This document shows, in pieces, positions 9,997 through 17,038 of a stretch of 24,000 nt of DNA. Origin of the DNA: Alphaproteobacteria bacterium (GTDB lineage Bacteria; Pseudomonadota; Alphaproteobacteria; UBA2966). Each line of letters starts with the position of its first letter. Position 1 is the stretch's first letter. The DNA is taken from positions 61,033 to 85,032 of the forward strand of contig CAXXKS010000005.1 in NCBI GenBank assembly GCA_963663355.2. The letters are read 5' to 3'. Made by a program: the position numbers and the translations under genes. The notes under the pieces are model-generated. The model was not told the origin of the DNA. It made no database searches and saw nothing but the letters and a program-made list of their open reading frames with translations.

Positions 9997-10180
9997 CGCG
10001 ACGCCCGTCCGCGCGTGCAGGCCGCGTTCGTTCGCGCGGCCGGCGGGACCGCCGCGGCCGTCGCCGGAGCCGATCCTCTGTGGCCTGCGTGTGCAGGTGG
10101 GCGCCGCGTACCGGAACCGCGGTCCCGGCAGAGGCAGCTCCCGATAGACCGGTTTGACCCCAGGGACGATACCGTCGACG
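9997..10180 (-). ncRNA. ssrS: Candidate 6S RNA (ends approximate)
   Basis: A 226-nt non-coding gap lies between zapA and the 5-FCL gene, the classical zapA-ssrS-ygfA position. The minus strand folds by eye into a 6S-like shape. Closing stem: CGAC-GGUAU-CGUCC (10179-10166) pairs with GGACG-GGC-GUCG (10010-9999). Apical hairpin: CCUGC-ACAC-GCAGG (10097-10084). Helix GGAGC-UG-CCUCUG pairs with CAGAGG-AUCG-GCUCC. A small 3'-side hairpin GCCGCG-CGAACGAA-CGCGGC (10040-10021) resembles the 3' bubble hairpin of 6S RNAs. No covariance-model score is available. Confidence 0.55.
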
Positions 10181-10209
10181 CGCCGGGCAGAACCCGCCGT
10201 TCCTTCAAG

Positions 10210-10560
10210 TTAGGCGCTCCGCAACCGATCGGCAATATCGTCGAGACGCGCCGCCGCCCTGTCGATCTCGGCGTTCGCCGCCGAGACGGCCCCTTCCGCG
10301 GCTTCGTCGCCGGCCCGTTTCGCATCGACGATGTCCGCCTTGAGGCGGGCGACGGCGTTGCGGGACTCGGACAACTCGTCCGCGAGGAGCAGCCCGGCCA
10401 TGAGCATGAGGCGCGCCTCTCCGACCTGGCCGATGGATTGAATCAGTTCCGTGACGGTGCGGCCCAAATAGTCCGCCAGCTCGAGCAGGTGCTCCTCTTC
10501 GCCGTCCTCGCAGGCGATGAGGTATTCCCGGCCGTTGATCGTCACCGCCACCTGGGCCAT
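10210..10560 (-). CDS. zapA: Cell division protein ZapA
   Basis: 116 aa beginning MAQVAVTINGREYLIACEDGEEEHLLELADYL, then GEARLMLMAGLLLADEL and a C-terminal coiled coil. This is the typical ZapA layout. Confidence 0.88.
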   Translation of the reverse strand: MAQVAVTINGREYLIACEDGEEEHLLELADYLGRTVTELIQSIGQVGEARLMLMAGLLLADELSESRNAVARLKADIVDAKRAGDEAAEGAVSAANAEIDRAAARLDDIADRLRSA

Positions 10561-10561
10561 G

Positions 10562-10834
10562 TCAGGCGCTCAGGACTTCGCGGAGCCGGCCGATCGTCCC
10601 GTCCAGTCGATCCCGAACGGTGTCCGTCACGCTCTCCAGGACGCGGTATTCGACGTTCGCGTTCCGCAGCGCCGCCGTGAGCGCATCCTTCTCCGCCTGC
10701 ACCGACTCTAGCCGGGACTTCAGGGACTCGATTTCGGAATCGAGCGGCTCGACCCGCTCGGCGATCGCCCGTTCGAGCCGCTCGACCGACTGTTCCAAGC
10801 GTCCGGCGGCCAAACCCTCCTCGTGCGCGGCCAT
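10562..10834 (-). CDS. DUF4164-like coiled-coil protein (ZapB-like cell-division accessory candidate)
   Basis: Track ORF 10562..10873 trimmed to ATG at 10834, which has GGAGTGGGAAG just upstream; the 10873 start has no SD. The ~90-aa product is entirely heptad-like (LEQSVERLERAIAERVEPLDSEIESLKSRLESVQAEKDAL). The stop is 1 nt before the zapA ATG. The family name is from memory. Confidence 0.65.
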   Translation of the reverse strand: MAAHEEGLAAGRLEQSVERLERAIAERVEPLDSEIESLKSRLESVQAEKDALTAALRNANVEYRVLESVTDTVRDRLDGTIGRLREVLSA

Positions 10835-10982
10835 CGTTCTTCCCACTCCGTCCGGCGACAGGCCAACAGACAATTTGTCGTTCTATCGAAAGGGGTTATC
10901 TGATGACCTTCGCAGACAGCATAGGCTCGACTCCGCCGAGCCGTCAACCGCGGGACGGCCGGACGCCGACGAGACGACGCGG

Positions 10983-11224
10983 ATGCCCGGAACGAGTCCA
11001 GCCATGACGAGGGGGCCAGGGGTGAGCCGGGTATACGGGCGGGACACCTGCGTACCCAGGGGAGCCGGGTGCGGGGCGACCGGCCCCGACTCCGTGCGAA
11101 CTGTGCGAATTCATCCGTCACCCCCCCTCCGTCATGCCCGGACCTGATCCGGGGGCCGGGGTATGATGGGGGCGGGGACAGGCAGGAAATCCAGACCGGA
11201 CAGCGATGGACTCGTTCCGGGCAT
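10983..11224. repeat. 18-bp perfect inverted-repeat pair bracketing 206 bp, with a third partial copy inside
   Basis: ATGCCCGGAACGAGTCCA at 10983-11000 and its exact reverse complement TGGACTCGTTCCGGGCAT at 11207-11224. The seed ATGCCCGGA recurs at 11134-11142 inside a small hairpin CCCGG-ACCTGAT-CCGGG (11137-11153). The sequence resembles short palindromic intergenic repeats of alphaproteobacteria that give spurious '...MPGTSPAMT...' ORFs. No flanking target-site duplication is seen. Confidence 0.6.
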
Positions 11225-11284
11225 TTCCACCGCCGGGCGGCCGCCGGACTGACACTCGCGCGGGCGCCGCGGTAAACTTCCGGG

Positions 11285-11947
11285 ATGTCTTCCGCCGGAT
11301 GCCGACTCTACCTCGTGACGCCGCCCCGGATCGACGCCGTGCGCTTCGCCAAGCAGCTCGAGGCCGCGTTCGACGGCGGCGACGTCGCCTGCCTCCAGTT
11401 GCGGCTGAAGGACGCCGACGACGGGGACGTCCTGCGCGCGGCGGAGCTGCTGGCGCCCGTCTGCCGCCGGTACGACGCCCCGCTGCTCGTCAACGACCGT
11501 CCCGACCTCGCCGCGGCCGGCGACGCGGACGGCGTGCACATCGGCCAGGAAGACGCGTCCTTCGAGGAGGCCCGGGAGCTTCTGGGACCGGACAAGGTTA
11601 TCGGCGTGACATGCCACGACTCACGCGACCTCGCCATCGCGGCCGTGGAGAACGGGGCCGATTACGTGGCCTTCGGCGCCTTCCATCCGACCGGCACGAA
11701 GTCCGCCAGGACGCGGGCGGCGCCGGATATCCTGGAATGGGCCGCCGATCTCCTGCCGGTTCCGGCCGTCGCCATCGGCGGCATCACGCCGGTGAACTGT
11801 CCGGCGCTGGTTCGCGCGGGCGCGCATTTCCTCGCCGTCGTCTCGGCCGTATGGGACCATGAACGCGGGCCGGCAGCTGGGGTTCGCGCCTTCAACGACG
11901 CGATCGCGCGCACGCTGGAGCAGGCTCCCGGCGAGTCGGGCCGATAG
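11285..11947 (+). CDS. thiE: Thiamine-phosphate synthase
   Basis: 220 aa with motifs RLYLVTP, LQLRLKD, LLVNDRPDLA, GVHIGQED, GADYVAFGAFHPTGTK and VPAVAIGGIT. Confidence 0.9.
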   Translation: MSSAGCRLYLVTPPRIDAVRFAKQLEAAFDGGDVACLQLRLKDADDGDVLRAAELLAPVCRRYDAPLLVNDRPDLAAAGDADGVHIGQEDASFEEARELLGPDKVIGVTCHDSRDLAIAAVENGADYVAFGAFHPTGTKSARTRAAPDILEWAADLLPVPAVAIGGITPVNCPALVRAGAHFLAVVSAVWDHERGPAAGVRAFNDAIARTLEQAPGESGR

Positions 11948-12037
11948 CGGTCCGATCGATTGAACGGGTGCGGCCAAGCTGTTAGGTTCCGCGCCTCCGG
12001 CGGGAGTGGACCCGCACCCGGACCGCGGGCGACGACC

Positions 12038-12604
12038 ATGCGCATAAACGGCAACGCAATCCGGCCCGGAATGGTGATCGAGCACAACGGCGGATTGTGG
12101 GCCGCGGTGAAGATCCAGCATACGCAGCCGGGCAAGGGGGGCGCCTACCTCCAGGTCGAGCTCAAGAATCTCAAGAACGGATCGAAGCTCAACGAGCGCT
12201 TCCGGTCGTCGGAGTCGGTCGAACGGGTTCGGCTCGACCAGAAGGAGCATCAGTTCCTGTACCCGGACGGAGAGCTGCTCACGTTCATGGACACGGAGAC
12301 ATACGACCAGACGCAGCTCCCCTCGGACCTCGTCGGCGAGCCCGCCGCGTTCCTGCAGGACGGCATGATCGTGACGATCGAGAGCCACGAAGGCTCCCCG
12401 ATCCGGGTCGAGCTTCCCGAGACCGTGACCATGGCGGTGACCGAGACCGAGCCCACGGTCCGTGGACAGACTGCGGCCGCCTCGTACAAGCCCGCCATAC
12501 TGGAAAACGGCGTGCGCACCATGGTGCCACCGTTCGTCGAGACCGGCGACCGGATCGTGGTCAACACGGCCGACGGGAGCTACGCCAGGCGGGCCGAGAC
12601 CTGA
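12038..12604 (+). CDS. efp: Translation elongation factor P
   Basis: Track ORF 11960..12604 trimmed to ATG at 12038 (188 aa): [50 protein letters not shown]. The PGKG loop is followed by two OB-like domains. Confidence 0.95.
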   Translation: MRINGNAIRPGMVIEHNGGLWAAVKIQHTQPGKGGAYLQVELKNLKNGSKLNERFRSSESVERVRLDQKEHQFLYPDGELLTFMDTETYDQTQLPSDLVGEPAAFLQDGMIVTIESHEGSPIRVELPETVTMAVTETEPTVRGQTAAASYKPAILENGVRTMVPPFVETGDRIVVNTADGSYARRAET

Positions 12605-12633
12605 ACCGCGCACGGGAACGGGGAACGCCGGCC

Positions 12634-13440
12634 ATGGCACTCCGGTCCGCTTTGATCAACGTCATGACGGGCGCCGCCCGCAAGGCCGCGCGGGCTCTCG
12701 TCCACGATTTCGGCGAGGTGGAGCAGCTCCAGGTCTCGATGAAGGGGCCCGCGGATTTCGTGTCCGCCGCGGACAGGCGCGCGGAACGGACACTCCTCGC
12801 GGAACTCACGTCGGCCCGCCCCCGGTACGGCGCGCTGGTCGAGGAATCGGGCGAGATCCAAGGGGAGGACACGTCGAATCGCTGGATCGTGGACCCCCTC
12901 GACGGAACATTGAACTTTCTCCACGGAATTCCGCACTTCTGCCTCAGCATCGCCCTCGAGCGGGACGGCGCGGTCTTTGCCGGCGTCACGTACGATCCCC
13001 TGCGCGACGAGATGTTCTGGGCGGAGAAGGGCGCCGGCGCATACCTCAACCACAAGCGCCTGCGGGTCTCCACCCGCAGGCGCCTGGAGACGGCGGTCCT
13101 GGCGACGGGTCTTCCACCGCGGGAGCGGCGGAACCACCGCGGCCTTGCCGCGGAGCTGTCCGCCATGACGCCGAAAACAGCCGGAATTCGGCGGCTGGGG
13201 TCCGCGGCGCTCGATCTCGCCTACGTCGCGGCGGGCCGGCTCGACGGGTTCTGGGAAAAGGGGCTTCGTCCCTGGGACCTGGCGGCCGGAATCGTGCTGG
13301 TCCGCGAAGCCGGGGGATTCGTGGGGGAGACCGGCGGTGGAAACGGGATGATGGACACCGGCGACGTCGTCGCGGCCAACGATCGCCTGTTCGACGCGAT
13401 CGCGGCAACGCTTCGGAACGCGGGGGGCGAAGAGCGGTGA
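12634..13440 (+). CDS. Inositol monophosphatase family protein (SuhB-like)
   Basis: The real gene is the last 268 codons of track ORF 12097..13440, from ATG 12634 (MALRSALINVMTGAARKAAR). IMPase signatures present: WIVDPLDGTLNFLHG and RPWDLAAG. Confidence 0.92.
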   Translation: MALRSALINVMTGAARKAARALVHDFGEVEQLQVSMKGPADFVSAADRRAERTLLAELTSARPRYGALVEESGEIQGEDTSNRWIVDPLDGTLNFLHGIPHFCLSIALERDGAVFAGVTYDPLRDEMFWAEKGAGAYLNHKRLRVSTRRRLETAVLATGLPPRERRNHRGLAAELSAMTPKTAGIRRLGSAALDLAYVAAGRLDGFWEKGLRPWDLAAGIVLVREAGGFVGETGGGNGMMDTGDVVAANDRLFDAIAATLRNAGGEER

Positions 13441-13476
13441 CGGCGCCCCTGCGGCCCAGATGCAGCGGCTAACCTG

Positions 13477-13505
13477 TTGTCGGGCAATACCCCCTGGGCT
13501 ATTGT
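13477..13505 (+). promoter_or_regulatory. Candidate sigma70-type promoter for the OmpA-like/MotA-like/MotB-like operon
   Basis: TTGTCG (13477-13482), 17 nt spacer, TATTGT (13500-13505), in the 127-nt gap after the IMPase gene. Each hexamer matches consensus at 4 of 6 positions. Motif only. Confidence 0.3.
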
Positions 13506-13567
13506 GCCTGACCGTTGAACGGGCGAGGGGGATGGCCGCAAAACATATAACGGAGTGGGATCGGGTC

Positions 13568-14482
13568 ATGTCGTTTTGCGTGCCGTCGGGGCAGGTTGCC
13601 CACAATACAAGGTTTCGTTCCGCCGCCCCCGTACTGGGGACGCTGGCGTTTTTCTGCTGGCCGGCGGCGGAGTCCCTGGCGCAGTCCACCGTGGTCATCG
13701 GGGGCAGCGGCAGGCCCGCGGTGGAAGTGAATCTCGACGTACTCGACGCGCCGCGGGGCCAACCCTCGAGCACGGGCCGGCGGCTTCTCATGCCGGGAGA
13801 GCGGCCCGGAGACGTCGTGCGGCTGCGCCTTCCGGGGTCCGGGACGCAGGGCCCCGCCGCTTCGGAGGCGTTGCCTCCGGCCTTGCGGCCCCCTGCCCCC
13901 GCGCCCCGAATTCGCGTGGCGCCGCCGGCTGCGGAACCAATGCCCGCCCTGTCCCCTCCGATTGTGACGCAACGCGCCGTCCAGGCGCCGGCTCCAGCGG
14001 TGGCGCGCGTGATGCCGCCGGCCCCTCCTCCACCCCGGCCCGCCTCGCAGGCGCCGTCGCCCGCTCCGGCCCGGGCAGTCGTCAAGGCGCCGACGCCGTC
14101 GCCCGCCGCACAACCCGGCCGCGCGGAGCGCCAGGTCGCGGCGTTGCCCAAGGTCCCGTTGCTGCCGGCCGGCGGACAGGTCCTCCGCATCGATTTCCTC
14201 GGCGCGAGCACGCGGCTGACGCCGGACGCCGAACGAAAACTGGCGTCTCTTGCCGCGACGATGGTGGAGAGCGACGGCCGTCTGCAATTGAAGGCGTACG
14301 CGGGCGGGACCGGCGAAACCTTCAGCGCGGCCCGGCGCCTCTCGTTGTCGCGGGCGCTCGCGGTACGTTCGTTCCTCATCGAACAGGGAATACGAAGCAC
14401 ACGGCTCGACGTTCGGGCCCTGGGGCGCGCGGTGGACAACGAGCCGCCCGAACGCGTCGACATCGTTCTCCTGATCCAGTGA
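13568..14482 (+). CDS. Secreted proline-rich OmpA-like (peptidoglycan-binding domain) protein
   Basis: Start chosen at ATG 13568 (alternatives 13532 and 13460). MSFCVPSGQVAHNTRFRSAAPVLGTLAFFCWPAAESLA|QS looks like a Sec signal peptide. The middle ~90 aa are Pro/Ala-rich (PPALRPPAPAPRIRVAPPAAEP...PPAPPPPRPASQAPSPAP). The C-terminus is OmpA/MotB-like (LRIDFLGASTRLTPDAERKL, FSAARRLSLSRALAVRSFLIEQGI, ERVDIVLL), but the usual 'TD' of the PG-binding pocket reads YAGGTGE. Confidence 0.75.
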   Translation: MSFCVPSGQVAHNTRFRSAAPVLGTLAFFCWPAAESLAQSTVVIGGSGRPAVEVNLDVLDAPRGQPSSTGRRLLMPGERPGDVVRLRLPGSGTQGPAASEALPPALRPPAPAPRIRVAPPAAEPMPALSPPIVTQRAVQAPAPAVARVMPPAPPPPRPASQAPSPAPARAVVKAPTPSPAAQPGRAERQVAALPKVPLLPAGGQVLRIDFLGASTRLTPDAERKLASLAATMVESDGRLQLKAYAGGTGETFSAARRLSLSRALAVRSFLIEQGIRSTRLDVRALGRAVDNEPPERVDIVLLIQ

Positions 14483-14510
14483 CCACGGCCGAATCCAGAG
14501 GTAACGGACC

Positions 14511-14537
14511 GAGTGGGAGCGAACGGCGCTCCCGCTC
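14511..14537 (+). other. Intercistronic stem-loop between operon genes 1 and 2
   Basis: GAGUGGGAGCG-AACGG-CGCUCCCGCUC: 11-bp stem (one G:U) with a 5-nt loop. It lies 29 nt after the gene-1 stop and 23 nt before the gene-2 ATG. No U-tract follows. Confidence 0.5.
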
Positions 14538-14559
14538 GGGTATCGCTCCGGTCGCCCGC

Positions 14560-15702
14560 ATGACCCGCCCGCAGAGTTTCCTGATGCGGATGAGCCTTTT
14601 CGTCGTGGCCGTCGTCGGCGTGGCGGCGCTTCTCGCCGAGCAGCTGGAACGCTCGTTCATGGCCAACCCCGGCCTCAACGGGTTGATTCTCGGCGTGTTG
14701 CTGTTCGGCGTCATCTATGTGTTCCGGCGGGTCCAGGTCCTGGGACCCGAGGTCGAGTGGGCCGAACGCTTTCGCCATCGGGAAGCGGGCGTGTCGGTGC
14801 ATCGGTCCCCCACCCTCCTGGCCCCGATGGCGACGATGCTCGGCGATCAGCCCAGCCATCGCTGGCTTTCGACATTGTCGATGCGCTCCCTGCTCGACGG
14901 CATCGCGTCGCGGCTCGAAGAATCCCGGGAAATGGCGCGGTATCTGATCGGCCTTCTGATCTTTCTCGGCCTTCTGGGCACGTTCTGGGGTCTTCTTCAA
15001 ACGGTGACGGCGGTCGGCGACACGATCCGCGACCTCACGGCGGAAACGGACGACCCTGCCGGCCTGTTCGGGACGTTGAAGGCGGGACTGGAAGCGCCGC
15101 TCGCCGGAATGGGGACGGCCTTTTCATCGTCCCTGTTCGGTCTCGCCGGCTCCCTCGTGCTGGGGTTCCTGGAGCTCCAGGCGGGTCAGGCGCAGAACCG
15201 GTTCTACAACGAGCTGGAAGAATGGCTTTCCAGCATCACCCGACTCTCCTCGGGCATCGGCGTCGGGGACGGCGAGCAATCCGTGCCCGCGTACGTGAGC
15301 GCGCTGCTGGAGCAGACGGCCGAGAGCCTGGATACGCTGCAACGAACGATCGCCCGCGGCGCCGAGAGCAGCGCGTCGGCGAACTCCACCCTGCTCTCCC
15401 TGTCGGACCGCCTGGCGACGCTGACCGATCAAATGAAATCGGAACAGGACCTCATGGTCAGGCTCGCCGAAAGCCAGATGGAAATGCAGCCGGTCCTGGA
15501 ACGGCTGGCGGACGTCAGATCGGCGGAGCCGGCGATTTCCCTGGACGAGGCGAGCCGCGCGCATCTGCGCAACCTCGACGTGTACGTCAAGCGCTTGCTG
15601 GAGGAGTCCGGTCCTGCCCGCGAGCACCTCATTCAGGAGTTTCGCGGCGAGATAAAACTGCTCGCCCGGACGATGGCGGCGCTCGGGCGCGACTCACGCT
15701 AG
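14560..15702 (+). CDS. MotA/TolQ/ExbB-family ion-channel (stator A-type) subunit with long coiled-coil C-terminal tail
   Basis: The real gene is the last 380 codons of track ORF 13555..15702, from ATG 14560 (ATGs at 14584 and 14590 are also possible). Four hydrophobic helices: ~aa 11-28, 38-56, 126-148 and 182-205. The last two carry family signatures LIFLGLLGTFWGLLQTV and LAGMGTAFSSSLFGLAGSLVLGF, followed by QNRFYNELEEWL as in ExbB/TolQ. Residues ~206-380 are heptad-rich (LLEQTAESLDTLQRTIA, LSDRLATLTDQMKSEQDLMVRLAESQMEMQPVLERLA). Confidence 0.8.
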   Translation: MTRPQSFLMRMSLFVVAVVGVAALLAEQLERSFMANPGLNGLILGVLLFGVIYVFRRVQVLGPEVEWAERFRHREAGVSVHRSPTLLAPMATMLGDQPSHRWLSTLSMRSLLDGIASRLEESREMARYLIGLLIFLGLLGTFWGLLQTVTAVGDTIRDLTAETDDPAGLFGTLKAGLEAPLAGMGTAFSSSLFGLAGSLVLGFLELQAGQAQNRFYNELEEWLSSITRLSSGIGVGDGEQSVPAYVSALLEQTAESLDTLQRTIARGAESSASANSTLLSLSDRLATLTDQMKSEQDLMVRLAESQMEMQPVLERLADVRSAEPAISLDEASRAHLRNLDVYVKRLLEESGPAREHLIQEFRGEIKLLARTMAALGRDSR

Positions 15703-15747
15703 CGGCAGGGGAACGACGCCGTGCCCGCGCTCGCCAATCGAGGAAGA

Positions 15748-17025
15748 ATGCGGCGCGGCGACGATATCTGGCCGGGGTTCGTCGATGCACTCGCGACCCT
15801 GCTTCTGGTCATCATCTTCGTTCTCGCCGTCTTCATGATCACGCACTTCTTTCTCAGCCAGGCCCTGACGGGGCGGGACGAGGCCCTCCAGAGATTGAAC
15901 CGGCAGCTCGCGGAAATCTCGGAACTTCTCGCGCTGGAACGCCAGACCAACGAGGATTTGCGCCTCAACGTCGCCCAATTGTCGGCGACGCTGCAGGAGT
16001 CGGCGCGCGAACGCGAGCGACTCGCCCTCGATCTGAAGGGGGTGGAATCCACGCTGGCGTCGGCCGTGGAGACCGCCGCCGCGGACCGCGAAACCATCGA
16101 GGCGCAGCTCGGCGAGATCGAGCGTCTCAAGCGCGACATCGCCGCACTGAAGTCGGTGCGGCAGGTTCTGGAGCGGCAGGTGGACTCGCTCGCCGGGTCC
16201 CTGAACGAGTCCGGGGCGCTCGCCGCCCGTCTTCGCGACAGGAGCAAGGCGCTCGAGGCGCGACTCGCCGACGAACGGGAACGGACCCTGCTGGCCCAAA
16301 AGGATCTGGAAGAACGGGACCTCCGGCTTTCGGAGCTCCAGCGTCTGTACAACGAAAGCAGCGACTCCCTGAACAGGGAAATGGACCTGTCCGCCGAGGC
16401 CCGGGCGCAGGTCGCGCTTCTGAATCAGCAGCTCGATGCCGTGCGCCGGCAACTGGCGCGCCTCAATGCCGCCCTGGAGGCGGCCGAGGCGAAGGACGAG
16501 GAGCAGCAGGCCGTGATCGCCGATCTCGGCAGGCGGCTCAACGTGGCGCTCGCCCAGAAGGTCGAGGAGCTCTCGCGCTACCGGTCGGAATTCTTCGGGC
16601 GCCTGCGCGAAGTGCTGGGAGACAGGAGGGACATCCGCGTGGTCGGCGACCGGTTCGTCTTCCAGTCGGAAGTCCTGTTCGCGTCCGGCTCCGCGGAGAT
16701 CGGCATCAACGGGCAATTGCAACTCGCCCAGCTCGCGAGAACCCTGCTGGAGATCGCGGACTCGATTCCGCCGGAAATCTCCTGGGTGCTGCGCGTGGAC
16801 GGCCACACCGACGTCGTCCCGATCTCTACCCCCAGGTTTCCCTCGAATTGGGAGCTGTCCACGGCCCGGGCCGTCTCCGTGGTCAAGTTCCTCGTGGATC
16901 AGGGCGTGCCGCCGGCACGCCTCGCGGCGGCGGGGTTCGGCGAATTCCAACCCCTGGACTCGCGCGCCGACGAAATCGGCCATCGCCGCAACCGGCGCAT
17001 CGAGCTGAAACTGACCGAGCGCTGA
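15748..17025 (+). CDS. MotB-like stator B-type subunit: TM Asp helix, ~240-aa coiled coil, OmpA-like peptidoglycan-binding domain
   Basis: Start at ATG 15748 (GAGGAAG just upstream); a GTG at 15721 is an alternative. The N-terminus [29 protein letters not shown] resembles MotB/TolR/ExbD, with Asp (codon 15784-15786) at the conserved proton-binding position. Residues ~40-280 are continuous heptad-like sequence. The C-terminus is canonical OmpA-like ([54 protein letters not shown]). Confidence 0.85.
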   Translation: MRRGDDIWPGFVDALATLLLVIIFVLAVFMITHFFLSQALTGRDEALQRLNRQLAEISELLALERQTNEDLRLNVAQLSATLQESARERERLALDLKGVESTLASAVETAAADRETIEAQLGEIERLKRDIAALKSVRQVLERQVDSLAGSLNESGALAARLRDRSKALEARLADERERTLLAQKDLEERDLRLSELQRLYNESSDSLNREMDLSAEARAQVALLNQQLDAVRRQLARLNAALEAAEAKDEEQQAVIADLGRRLNVALAQKVEELSRYRSEFFGRLREVLGDRRDIRVVGDRFVFQSEVLFASGSAEIGINGQLQLAQLARTLLEIADSIPPEISWVLRVDGHTDVVPISTPRFPSNWELSTARAVSVVKFLVDQGVPPARLAAAGFGEFQPLDSRADEIGHRRNRRIELKLTER

Positions 17026-17038
17026 CGGAAGATCGGGA

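Noticed and set aside
11040-11180. Possible TPP riboswitch upstream of thiE, suggested by ACCTGATCCGGG (11141-11152), which resembles the ACCUGAUCUGGA core of the THI element.
   Set aside because: The nearly invariant CUGAGA element and a proper P2/P3 context are absent upstream. The P5 equivalent would have only a 3-nt loop. The match is better explained as part of the ATGCCCGGA palindromic repeat.
12580-15000. Very long ORFs in the track: 12580..15000 minus 806 aa, 14757..17288 plus 843 aa, 17159..19300 plus 713 aa, 19397..21565 plus 722 aa, 19275..21194 minus 639 aa, 2656..4311 minus 551 aa, 1416..2909 minus 497 aa, 1658..2968 plus 436 aa.
   Set aside because: All are Arg/Pro/Gly/Ala-rich with no recognisable motifs. 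All lie antisense to or out of frame with genes that have clear family signatures. Stop-codon-poor shadow frames are expected in DNA this GC-rich. Only the 3' ends of 17159..19300 (rpmE) and 13555..15702 (MotA-like) are real.
14560-17025. Zorya (ZorAB) anti-phage system.
   Set aside because: The MotA-like/MotB-like pair with a tailed A subunit is reminiscent of ZorAB, but no ZorC/ZorD/ZorE-like genes follow; the next gene is a convergent ABC exporter. The tail is much shorter than I recall for ZorA. The context is conserved housekeeping genes, not a defence island. It is kept as an analogy only.
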